Assembly: GCF_029232205.1 (NCBI RefSeq) | Contig: NZ_CP107255.1 | Location: forward strand, 720,001-752,000 | Length of the DNA: 32,000 nt | DNA from: Candidatus Saccharimonadota bacterium | GTDB taxonomy: Archaea; Nanohalarchaeota; Nanosalinia; Nanosalinales; Nanosalinaceae | Direction: 5' to 3' | In this document: positions 8,318 through 15,892 of the stretch, piece after piece | Position numbering within the stretch: the stretch's first letter is position 1 | Layout of the letters: each line of letters opens with the position of its first letter | Notes under the pieces: model-generated | Databases searched by the model: none | What the model was told of the DNA's origin: nothing | What the model saw: the letters and a program-made list of their open reading frames with translations, nothing else | Position numbers and translations under genes: made by a program

Positions 8318-9604
8318 CTAACCATTCATCTGCTCCTCCACTATTCTCTCTGCTTCTTTTTCGAGTCTACCATCATCTAAGCCTATTTCTTTCTCTATCA
8401 TATTTGTCTTCAGTTTCTCTTTTGCTTCACTGACTTGGAATTCTTTCACTAGATCTCCCGTTGATAGAGCCTTCCCACATTTGCGGCACACATCAGCTTG
8501 GAACGAGTTTATCTCTTCACACCGATGGCATTCCGCAGGAGTCAACACCTTGCTCTCACGCTCAGTGTTATCTACCTCCTGAAGGTTGAGATGTTCCGCT
8601 ACCCCATGTTCGACATCCTCTTTTGCAACTCTAGCATAATATGCTACCGTAGGACTACCAGGAACCCAGTTCATGTGCTTACATATCCATGCCTCATTCT
8701 TTCCTTGTCTTATCCAATAGACTGTTCTACCCTTTCTAAAGGCATGAGGATTTGTTTTAATTTTCCTTGGAATATCGGTTTTTTCTCTAGCCCTAGACAG
8801 TATTTCAGCAGCACCATTAGCAGAATACTGTTCATCTGAGTGGCTAGAGCGAAACACAAAGGTATCTGGCTCATCACTTCTAGAATCCTTCTCTAAAAGA
8901 TCTCTCATAAATGGTAGTGCCTCGGCCATCGGAACGCTATGGTCGCCTCCCGTCTTTGTATCTCTGAATATTACTTTCCCGATCTTACTAGAGAAATCAA
9001 CATCTCTCCATTTTAGGCCTAATATCTCACCATGTCTACCTCCCGTACTCCATAAAAGCATGATATAGGCCTTATCAATTACTCTAGGAGCCTTTTCAAC
9101 CAATGCTTTAACTGTCTCAGGCAGAGGTAGTCGATCAGGTTCAGTATAGTCATTTTCCCTAGTCAGAGTGAAGTTGATTATATCTTCTCCCGAAAAATCG
9201 TCTTCTACCTGTAGCTCTTCTTTGTACACCTCAATGTAATCAGTGTACATCTTTCTTACGCTCTTCTTGAACTCTCTTTTAGACTCGGTAGCATAGGAAT
9301 CACCGTTCTTTTTACATAATTCTCCTGTGTTTAGCTCTCCTATTAGTTCAGCCATTCGAGTCTTATTCACATCTTCTATATTCCAGGACGTGTATACAGA
9401 TATCTTCTTCCAGTCTTGAAGGTACCTGTTTATTCTTGTCTTCGAATGGTCTTTGTTCCGCATGAAGGTCAAAAAGCTAGGAAAATTAGAGTTACCTTCT
9501 ATTAGAATTTTCTTGTCTCTTTCAGAAATCTGAGAATGGTTTCTTATACTGGTTTTCTGCCTTTGTAGTGTTTGTGATGTATTGTGGATATCGCCTTGTG
9601 TCAT
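8318..9604 (-). CDS. int: tyrosine recombinase / phage-type integrase with C-terminal zinc ribbon
   Basis: Arg box STGGRHGEILGLKWRDVDF, HxxR box HAFRKGRTVYW, and a candidate catalytic Tyr in TVAYYARV. CHRC..(x12)..CRKC forms the ribbon. The gene is adjacent to a tRNA 3' end. Confidence 0.9.
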   Translation of the reverse strand: MTQGDIHNTSQTLQRQKTSIRNHSQISERDKKILIEGNSNFPSFLTFMRNKDHSKTRINRYLQDWKKISVYTSWNIEDVNKTRMAELIGELNTGELCKKNGDSYATESKREFKKSVRKMYTDYIEVYKEELQVEDDFSGEDIINFTLTRENDYTEPDRLPLPETVKALVEKAPRVIDKAYIMLLWSTGGRHGEILGLKWRDVDFSSKIGKVIFRDTKTGGDHSVPMAEALPFMRDLLEKDSRSDEPDTFVFRSSHSDEQYSANGAAEILSRAREKTDIPRKIKTNPHAFRKGRTVYWIRQGKNEAWICKHMNWVPGSPTVAYYARVAKEDVEHGVAEHLNLQEVDNTERESKVLTPAECHRCEEINSFQADVCRKCGKALSTGDLVKEFQVSEAKEKLKTNMIEKEIGLDDGRLEKEAERIVEEQMNG

Positions 9605-9662
9605 ATTTCACAGTTCTCCACCCACATTTAACTTTGACCGAATTGGTTCACAAAAGCAGAAG

Positions 9663-9737
9663 AGCCCCGAGAGGGATTTGAACCCTCGGCCTGCCCCTTA
9701 CAAGGGGGCCGCTCTAGCCAGACTGAGCCATCGAGGC
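9663..9737 (-). tRNA. tRNA-Thr(UGU): tRNA-Thr, anticodon UGU
   Basis: Hand-folded cloverleaf: acceptor GCCTCGA/TCGGGGC (one G-U), D arm GCTC/GAGC, anticodon arm GCCCC-CTTGTAA-GGGGC, T arm GAGGG-TTCAAAT-CCCTC. 75 nt, no encoded CCA. Confidence 0.9.
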
Positions 9738-9822
9738 GGAGTTTGTAGGAATGTTGGTGGTGTTAACTGTTAAATATGGTTGGCCGTCGGTTTATTTAAC
9801 TGATCTGGCCCCTTTTCTTGGT

Positions 9823-10221
9823 ATGGAGGCTTTTGATTTTTCAGGCCATGAGCTGGTTATCGGTGTTATTGTTGTCGGTGCGGCTCTGGCGGGTTACGGC
9901 GGTTTTTTCATGATGCATCAGGATGATATCTCTACTTCAGGTGATGATGTGGAGTATGAGACGGTGAATGCTACTATTTCTTCTACTGATCTGGCAAGTA
10001 TTTCAACCGGGAACGGTACTGTGTACAGGCCTGAGGCCTCTTTCACGTATACTTTCAATGGCTCCCAGTATTCGAGCAACAATGTTTTTCCTACTGAGAG
10101 GCGTTTCCAGTATCCTGCTGATGCTGAGGATCAGATCGATGATTTCAGCGAGGGCGATCAGATTACGGCCTATATTCAGAAGGATTCTCCTGGAGAGGCC
10201 TTTTTGAGAAAACCAGAGTAA
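9823..10221 (+). CDS. membrane-anchored protein, DUF3592-like
   Basis: N-terminal TM is LVIGVIVVGAALAGYGGFFMM. It is followed by beta-rich segments RPEASFTYTFNGSQYSS and GDQITAYIQKDSPGEAFL. TATA-like GGTTTATTTAAC sits about 25-30 nt before ATG 9823. The track start 9751 would abut the tRNA. Confidence 0.55.
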   Translation: MEAFDFSGHELVIGVIVVGAALAGYGGFFMMHQDDISTSGDDVEYETVNATISSTDLASISTGNGTVYRPEASFTYTFNGSQYSSNNVFPTERRFQYPADAEDQIDDFSEGDQITAYIQKDSPGEAFLRKPE

Positions 10222-10299
10222 AGCTCTGATACCAGCGCATTAGTTTTTCTAACATCCCGATACGTCATTTTTAAATAGTTTCACCGATGAGTAGTAGTT

Positions 10300-10557
10300 A
10301 TGAGAGGAGAGGAAAATCTTGAGCCGGGCCTGCGTAATGAGATTACTTCTATTTGCCGTGAGACTGCGAAGACTTTTGATATGACGTGGAATGGTTCCAG
10401 GTGGAAGTGTGAGGTTACCGAGGTCAAGGTGTCTGATGAGGGCGTTAAGCGGTATGGTTTCTACGTCAATGATAAGAACTCTGATAAAGAGTATCAGGCG
10501 AAGGCCGTTATTGAGAACAATGATACTGCTAGCTGGGAGATTGAGGAAGTTAACTAA
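10300..10557 (+). CDS. hypothetical small protein
   Basis: 85-aa ORF. TATA-like TTTTTAAATA lies about 25 nt upstream. No recognisable motif. Confidence 0.45.
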   Translation: MRGEENLEPGLRNEITSICRETAKTFDMTWNGSRWKCEVTEVKVSDEGVKRYGFYVNDKNSDKEYQAKAVIENNDTASWEIEEVN

Positions 10558-10588
10558 TTTGAATCTTCAAGGCCTTTAGTTTGTTGTA

Positions 10589-11548
10589 ATGGATAATTTC
10601 CGGATTACTTCTGAGTTCAGTGAAGTTGAATCATACGAGTTGGAAGGCGATAAGGTTGCTGTAGGTTTCAGGCCTTCCGGCGAGCTTCACGTCGGCAACT
10701 TGCTGAGTATTGGTTATGCCGCGGTGATCGCCGATGAACTGGATTTTGAATTAGACTTGTGGTGTTGTGATACTGACTGGAGCGCACACATCCACGAGCA
10801 TCATCAGCCGGAGAACAACAAAGTGATGAAGCTGTTCTTCCAGAGAGACTGTGAATGTGGCAAACACGAGAATGTTGCCCATCACAGAGTTGATGAGATC
10901 AGGGGTTTTCTGGACGGCCTTGAATCAGAGACTGTTGATGTAGAGGTTAATTTTCTGTCTGATTACCGTGAAGAGTCTTATCTTGAGGCCTTGCGGAATG
11001 TTTTGAATAATATCGATGGTTTTGATGAGATCTTTGGCGGCGGTTTCAGGAGGAGGTATCGTAGTCCTGTTACCGGTGTATGCAGTGAGTGTGGTTTTTC
11101 TCATGCGAAGGGTTCGGCCTATTCCCGAGAATGTGATGAATTGGTGCATTCATGCTGGAATCCTGACTGCAGCCAAGGTTTTTCCTCCACTCCTTTGAGC
11201 GGAGGTATTGGTGTTTATTATCTGGTTGATCCTGTGCGTGATCCTGGCCGGGATGTTGCTGTGCATGTTTTCGGCGGCGACTACAGGGATGCGGAGAAGG
11301 GTCAGAAGACTTCCAAGGTGCTTAAAGTCGCGAGAATCACCGACCTTGCATGCGGAGAGACGCCAGCCTACTTTCTTGGGCCTTTGATTGCCGACGAGGC
11401 TACCGGTAAACCTCTTTCCAAGTCAAAAGATACCGGTCGCACCGTTTCTGAGATAGATGATCTGGAGGAATACGGCAGAGAGATAGCTGTAAAGGTAAGA
11501 GAATGGTTGAATGAAGAGAAAAGATTTGTGTCGCAGGCTGATCTCTAG
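10589..11548 (+). CDS. class I aminoacyl-tRNA synthetase catalytic-core paralog, closest in signature to archaeal class I LysRS; no anticodon-binding domain
   Basis: GFRPSGELHVGN matches the PSGxxHxGN form of the HIGH motif, followed by WCCDTDW. There is a Cys-rich insert (CSECG..HSCWNPDC). GKPLSKSKDTG stands at the KMSKS position. Length is only 319 aa. Confidence 0.7.
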   Translation: MDNFRITSEFSEVESYELEGDKVAVGFRPSGELHVGNLLSIGYAAVIADELDFELDLWCCDTDWSAHIHEHHQPENNKVMKLFFQRDCECGKHENVAHHRVDEIRGFLDGLESETVDVEVNFLSDYREESYLEALRNVLNNIDGFDEIFGGGFRRRYRSPVTGVCSECGFSHAKGSAYSRECDELVHSCWNPDCSQGFSSTPLSGGIGVYYLVDPVRDPGRDVAVHVFGGDYRDAEKGQKTSKVLKVARITDLACGETPAYFLGPLIADEATGKPLSKSKDTGRTVSEIDDLEEYGREIAVKVREWLNEEKRFVSQADL

Positions 11549-11865
11549 GTTACGTCAACGTCTGCGTCGTCAACTCCGTCTGGGCCTCGGTTCTTGACTT
11601 TTTTCTCCTCTTTGTCCTTCAGCCTGTAGACGTTGATGCTTCTTGTGCAGTCTGGACATTCGATCCACCAAGGCCTTGAGTCCAGTTCCTGTTCGCCTTC
11701 GAAGACGTTCTGGCAGTAAGGGCATTCGATCTCGTAGAAGTACATTTCGTTGTCGTAGGAGAACATTTTGACGTATCCGGTTTTCTCTCCTTCGTCGTTC
11801 TCAATTTCTCTGTTTGTTGCGTACTCGACGCGATCGTATTCAATCTCCTTTTCCATCTGTATCAC
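11545..11865 (-). CDS. small zinc-ribbon protein
   Basis: 106 aa. CPYC..(x18)..CPDC gives a four-Cys ribbon. C-terminal tail is acidic. Confidence 0.55.
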   Translation of the reverse strand: MIQMEKEIEYDRVEYATNREIENDEGEKTGYVKMFSYDNEMYFYEIECPYCQNVFEGEQELDSRPWWIECPDCTRSINVYRLKDKEEKKVKNRGPDGVDDADVDVT

Positions 11866-11909
11866 GTAATTTAGTATTCAAGTAGTTTTAAGTTTTCCAG
11901 CGGAACTTT

Positions 11910-12389
11910 TTAGTACATCATATACTCGTAGACCATCTGGATTTCCTCATCGTCAACCTCTATCTCTATCTCTTCAAGGCCTTCATGAGGGAAAAGTGCT
12001 TTCTCTATTCCGAGAACTTCCTTTGGCTCGTCGAACTCAAGTTCCTTGATGTCCGGGTTGAACCTTTTCAGCATTCTGAGATCCCAGTCGTCGCCGCTTG
12101 AAAGAATTCTGAGGTCGTAGCCATCGATTGTTGCGAGAAAGGCCTTTACCAAGTCTTCCTTTGACTCGATTCTGCAGTATACCTGTTCCTGTACTGGTCT
12201 TCCTTTGAGGCCTTCTCTCTCCTCTCCGTCAACCCAGTATTTTTCCACTCCTGGAAGTCTCTCGATGAGGGCCGGGTTTTCTACCTCTGCGATTACATGG
12301 TCTTCGTTGATTTCTGCGGTCTCTGCGCGTTTCTCGAGGTTTTCAACCAGTTGTTCTGGTTTCTCAGTTGGTTTTATTTCTACTTTCAT
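11910..12389 (-). CDS. hypothetical acidic protein
   Basis: 159-aa ORF with native-type acidic composition. No motif recognised. Confidence 0.55.
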   Translation of the reverse strand: MKVEIKPTEKPEQLVENLEKRAETAEINEDHVIAEVENPALIERLPGVEKYWVDGEEREGLKGRPVQEQVYCRIESKEDLVKAFLATIDGYDLRILSSGDDWDLRMLKRFNPDIKELEFDEPKEVLGIEKALFPHEGLEEIEIEVDDEEIQMVYEYMMY

Positions 12390-12442
12390 GTTTACCGTTG
12401 GCCCGGCAAAGCTTTTATTTCAGGACTGTAAAGTCTCTCTTT

Positions 12443-12805
12443 ATGCTGTTCGACAATAGAGGTAATTCTGACTCTAAAGAGGAAGAAGTATCTATCAGTC
12501 CTGCACAGGATTCGAGTTCCCGGAGCAGAGATAACGAGACCGAGATTAACCGTGGAAGAGGAAGTTCGAATACTAGTTCTTCCGGTAGCTCCGGAGGCAG
12601 CGATGACGGTGGGATTGCGATTCCCAGTGCATCTGGCGATGGAAATGCAGTAGATGAGAGCCAGGTTTCCCTGGAAGATATTCACGAGCAGAATAAGAAG
12701 ATTATAGGCCTTCTGGAAAGTCTTACTTCTAATGAGAGTTCTGGAAGCGCCGGTAAAGAGAGCGATGATAAGTTGAAAGGTGATATAGAGAATGAGCTAC
12801 TATGA
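12443..12805 (+). CDS. Ser/Gly-rich disordered protein with conserved C-terminal helix (paralog 1)
   Basis: ATG 12443 follows TATA-like CTTTTATTTC at about -25 to -33. The C-terminal motif LEDIHEQNKKIIGLLESL is shared with the next gene. Confidence 0.5.
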   Translation: MLFDNRGNSDSKEEEVSISPAQDSSSRSRDNETEINRGRGSSNTSSSGSSGGSDDGGIAIPSASGDGNAVDESQVSLEDIHEQNKKIIGLLESLTSNESSGSAGKESDDKLKGDIENELL

Positions 12806-13157
12806 TAACGTTAAAGATTCCGTAAAAGATGAGAAAAAGAAGGCTAAAAGCTCCAGCAGCGGTGGTGGAGGCGGAGGTTCAGGTAACTTCTCCACTCTAC
12901 GTGAGGAGGCCGAGAAAAATGCTGATAAACAGGAAAATGATGATACACCGATTGAGGTTCTAGAGGAAGGGGGTCTGAGCCAGAACTCAAGTAGTTCAGG
13001 TTCCAGCAGTTCCTCCAATCCTATGACTTCGCAGGCCTCTCAGAGTTCTGATAGTTCTTCAGGTTCTGTTGATGCTTCAGGCCTTGAGAAGAAGTTGGAT
13101 AAGATTATTGAGCAGAATGATAGGATGATTGAGATTCTTGAGAGCTTCGGTAACTAG
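12792..13157 (+). CDS. Ser/Gly-rich disordered protein with conserved C-terminal helix (paralog 2)
   Basis: Overlaps the previous gene by 14 nt. The C-terminal motif LDKIIEQNDRMIEILESF parallels paralog 1. Confidence 0.55.
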   Translation: MSYYDNVKDSVKDEKKKAKSSSSGGGGGGSGNFSTLREEAEKNADKQENDDTPIEVLEEGGLSQNSSSSGSSSSSNPMTSQASQSSDSSSGSVDASGLEKKLDKIIEQNDRMIEILESFGN

Positions 13158-13621
13158 AGCTCTTTAATCATTCTTTCTCTCCTGGTTTCAAACCCTTCAT
13201 TTCTGTAAAGTTCTTTAGCTGAATTATTGGCCGTGTCCACTTCCAGCTCCACGCTTTCAAATCCTCTTTCACGGGCCTCTTCCTCTATCCTGTCCAGTAG
13301 CTGTGTTGCGTAGCCTTTTCTTCGGTAGTCAGGTTTGATGTAGATATCGTTTATTTTCAGGTAGTCGCCTCTTGAGAAAATAGGTGCTGGACTGTCTTCT
13401 GTTGCTGTGATAAGGCCTATAAGTTCATCTTCGTGCTCGGCGACGAGTGTTGGATCATTGCTTTCTATCTTGTCCTCTCGCCACTCCACAAGATCATCTT
13501 TGTCCAAGTTGTCTGATAGCTCGTTGATCTCTGCTGTCTCTTCCATTTCGCGGGCTAGAGGTAGCCAGAGCTCTTCAACTATCTGCTTTGCTTCTGATGC
13601 TTTGGCAGGCCTTATTTTCAT
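13154..13621 (-). CDS. GNAT-family N-acetyltransferase
   Basis: Acetyl-CoA motif A is IYIKPDYRRKGYATQLLDRIEEEARERGFESVELEV, followed by NNSAKELYRNEGFE. Confidence 0.9.
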   Translation of the reverse strand: MKIRPAKASEAKQIVEELWLPLAREMEETAEINELSDNLDKDDLVEWREDKIESNDPTLVAEHEDELIGLITATEDSPAPIFSRGDYLKINDIYIKPDYRRKGYATQLLDRIEEEARERGFESVELEVDTANNSAKELYRNEGFETRRERMIKEL

Positions 13622-13902
13622 TATACAATTTCCACGGAGATTTTCTTTCTGCCGCTGGAGTCTTTGGATACTGCTCTTTCTTCTCTGAGGACGAACTCTA
13701 TTTCAAGTTCTCTGTATTCGTCTTCCTCTTCGAACTCCATGGTCAGCAGGTTGTCCTGGTTAGGTTCAATACGTACTTCTTCCTTTCCGCGGAAGCTAAG
13801 GCCTACTTCTCCATCTCTTATTTTATCTGCAAAGCTTTCCAGAAAATTTGCAAGTTCATCGTTTGAAAATTCAAAGTCGAGGTCAAGTTCCCTGCTGGCC
13901 AT
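13621..13902 (-). CDS. amphi-Trp-domain-like small acidic protein, translationally coupled to the GNAT gene
   Basis: 93 aa. The pattern LDLDFEFSNDELANFLESFADKIRDGEVGLSF..RIEP.. then ELEIEF recalls the amphi-Trp family. Its stop overlaps the GNAT start (TAATG). Confidence 0.5.
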   Translation of the reverse strand: MASRELDLDFEFSNDELANFLESFADKIRDGEVGLSFRGKEEVRIEPNQDNLLTMEFEEEDEYRELEIEFVLREERAVSKDSSGRKKISVEIV

Positions 13903-13951
13903 AGAAAAAATAGAATGGTTAAGAGTTTTATTTGTAACTGAAGAGTGTCAA

Positions 13952-14224
13952 TCAATCTTCGCTCATCAGTCGCTTTGAAAGGTAGTGCTCCTTGTCTTCT
14001 AGCTCTCTGATTGCTTCGATACCGAAGAAGTATGCCACCATGATCATCAGGAATCCTAGGTATGCTGGCATTAGATCAGCTGAGTACCTCATCGGGTAGA
14101 GCACTGAAAACAGTAGCAGTGATCCAAGGATGAATAGCGTGAAAGAGATTCCTACTTCAGCATTCAGAGTTAGCTTCGGGAGGCCGAAAACATCTTTCTC
14201 CCGTACCTTATTTTCTTCGCTCAT
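13952..14224 (-). CDS. small membrane protein (two TM helices)
   Basis: Hydrophobic segments are VGISFTLFILGSLLLFSVLY and AYLGFLMIMVAYFFGI. Confidence 0.5.
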   Translation of the reverse strand: MSEENKVREKDVFGLPKLTLNAEVGISFTLFILGSLLLFSVLYPMRYSADLMPAYLGFLMIMVAYFFGIEAIRELEDKEHYLSKRLMSED

Positions 14225-14279
14225 AAAATTATTGCACCTTAAAGATCATTTTCGAAGGCCTTGATTTAAAGCTTTTCAG

Positions 14280-14663
14280 CTATAGATCCTGAACGTCAAC
14301 GTTTCTTTCTCTGCGGTTGAAAGCCGACGGCAGGTGAATATGATAGGTTCCTTCACGTTTCTCGATAACAAGCGGCACCTCTTCCAGAAGACGGGATACA
14401 TTGATGTTGTAGACGCCTTCTTCCTCGACTTTTATTGATTCAAGGTCGAACTCGATGCTGATGTTGCCTCTCTCCTTTTCACCGGCAGCAACCATCTCCT
14501 CAATATCAGACTTAACAAGCTCTTTCTCCTCCTCAAGCTCATCCTCAGAAGTATCTACCTCGTTCTCATACATGAAAAGAGATGAACCACATTCACATCC
14601 GGAAATGAGCTCTTCAGAATCCTCATCATAAGTCTTACCGCAGTTCATACATCTGTGAGGCAT
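14280..14663 (-). CDS. Zn-ribbon protein (DUF2072/OapC-like) of the archaeal GTPase triad
   Basis: N-terminal CMNCG..(x13)..CECG ribbon. It is the third gene after a small GTPase and a DUF2073-like gene. SD GGAGG lies 9 nt upstream of the ATG. Confidence 0.65.
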   Translation of the reverse strand: MPHRCMNCGKTYDEDSEELISGCECGSSLFMYENEVDTSEDELEEEKELVKSDIEEMVAAGEKERGNISIEFDLESIKVEEEGVYNINVSRLLEEVPLVIEKREGTYHIHLPSAFNRRERNVDVQDL

Positions 14664-14777
14664 TCAAAACTCGCCTCCGTGAGTTTTTGCAAGTCCGAAA
14701 CCTTTCAGGTTTCTAGGCTGCAAAAGGCCAAGAAGGCCTTTGATTCCAGAAACTCGGAGAGTTTCGACCATCTTAAA
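14664..14777 (-). promoter_or_regulatory. 114-nt structured spacer with four consecutive stem-loops
   Basis: Plus-strand stems are 14666-14672/14681-14687, 14697-14702/14708-14713, 14723-14729/14735-14741 and 14749-14755/14759-14765. Stems are 6-7 bp, and three begin with GAAAC on the RNA strand. Confidence 0.5.
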
Positions 14778-15167
14778 TCACTCCTTTTCGCTCTCAAGTT
14801 TTGCAAGGAATGAAACTGCATCCCTTTCTTCCTTGATTTTCTCCATTACGCGAGAGTTACCTACGATTGTAAGGCCTCTGCGAGGTTTCTCATCGAATAG
14901 TTTGTCGTATACGAGGTTGCGGGCCTTGTCCAGTCTTGTCTGTCCTGAGTCGAGGCCCATGAACTCTATGCCAGGGAAGTCGTCGTCGACCTGTTCCATG
15001 GCGTTTGTGATTAGTGTGCGTTTTTCGTCAGGAGTCCATCCTTCCTCAAGAACCAGTACTGCGTCATCCTTGACTTTCTGAAGTACGAGCTCCAGCTTGT
15101 CGTCCAACTGATGATCAGACAGCTTGTCTCTTGAGAGAAATTCTATGGTAACTCCATCGTCGCTCAT
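14778..15167 (-). CDS. DUF2073/OapB-like protein of the archaeal GTPase triad
   Basis: 129-aa acidic protein. Its start overlaps the GTPase stop (TAATG). The family name is from memory of the conserved archaeal gene order, not from a search. Confidence 0.6.
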   Translation of the reverse strand: MSDDGVTIEFLSRDKLSDHQLDDKLELVLQKVKDDAVLVLEEGWTPDEKRTLITNAMEQVDDDFPGIEFMGLDSGQTRLDKARNLVYDKLFDEKPRRGLTIVGNSRVMEKIKEERDAVSFLAKLESEKE

Positions 15168-15796
15168 TAACTTAACCTTTCGATTATTTCCTCATAAAGT
15201 TTGTCGATATTTTCTCCCTCTTTGGCAGAAACCTCTAGAACAGGGTGCTGAGGGAAGGCATCACGGACTCTCGAAGGATCTGCATCCTCAAGGTCTGTTT
15301 TATTGGCCAAAATCAGTATTGGAATATCTTTGGCCTCGAGATTTCCGATAATAGTAACGTTAACCTGTGTATAAGGATCTTCTGTAGAATCAAATACTAC
15401 AAGGCATGCGTCAACATCATCAAGATACTTGATGGCCTCTACAATACCTTTTGTAGCTTCCTTGGCGCGGTCCTTGGATTCTTCCTCTTCAAGGCCGTGT
15501 TCTGTAAAGTCCTGGAAGTCTACGTTCGTAGAAATGCCTGGCATGTCCAGAAGGTTCATGTCAATTGTTCTATCGTCGTCCGTCTCAAGCGTAACCTGCT
15601 CCTTCTTCTCAACGGCCCTGGTCTCGTGTGGTACCTCCGAAACATTACTCATTTCCTCTCCAGTCAAATCCATAGAAATCTGATTAGCGAGCGTAGACTT
15701 TCCTGCATTTGGAGGACCGTAAAGGCCTATACTTATGTCATCTTGTTCCGTTGAGCTGAATAGATCGGATATTAACTTTTTGAGACGGCCTATCAT
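15167..15796 (-). CDS. small Era/Ras-like GTPase (OapA-like)
   Basis: G1 GPPNAGKST, G3 DMPG, G4 NKTD, G5 SAK. ATG 15796 (MIGRLKKL) is preferred because TATA-like TTTATTATT lies about 20 nt upstream. The track's longest start is 15856. Confidence 0.85.
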   Translation of the reverse strand: MIGRLKKLISDLFSSTEQDDISIGLYGPPNAGKSTLANQISMDLTGEEMSNVSEVPHETRAVEKKEQVTLETDDDRTIDMNLLDMPGISTNVDFQDFTEHGLEEEESKDRAKEATKGIVEAIKYLDDVDACLVVFDSTEDPYTQVNVTIIGNLEAKDIPILILANKTDLEDADPSRVRDAFPQHPVLEVSAKEGENIDKLYEEIIERLS

Positions 15797-15892
15797 AGTT
15801 TTGACACCGGACAATAATAAATCGGGTCCGTAGGTATAAAAACCGTTCCCATGCAATCAAAATAATAAAATCAGAGGTATCAAGTCACGAAT

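Larger units (their letters stand above)
1..9662. mobile_element. Integrated element (provirus/plasmid-like) inserted next to tRNA-Thr; left boundary not in window
   Basis: The tyrosine integrase start lies 58 bp from the tRNA-Thr 3' end. Spot GC is about 33-37% here versus 44-48% to the right of the tRNA. Cargo is Type III R-M plus RHH/wHTH regulators. AGGCCT density is lower than in the native block. Confidence 0.7.

Noticed and set aside
9582-9773. 63-aa plus-strand ORF
   Set aside because: It runs antisense straight through tRNA-Thr, so it is an artefact of the tRNA sequence.
12392-12685. Minus-strand ORFs opposite the Ser/Gly-rich genes (12392-12685 and 12800-13018)
   Set aside because: The plus-strand pair shares a conserved C-terminal motif and promoter or overlap context. 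The antisense translations are low-complexity mirror products.
14664-14777. GAAAC-containing hairpins as a CRISPR array
   Set aside because: The stems are different sequences, spaced 7-9 nt apart, with no repeat-spacer periodicity and no cas genes. They were kept only as a structured spacer.
15245-15754. 169-aa plus-strand ORF (also 15124-15351, 15429-15683 and 15857-16108)
   Set aside because: The first three are antisense to the well-supported GTPase gene, and 15857-16108 is antisense to the Nudix gene. No motifs.
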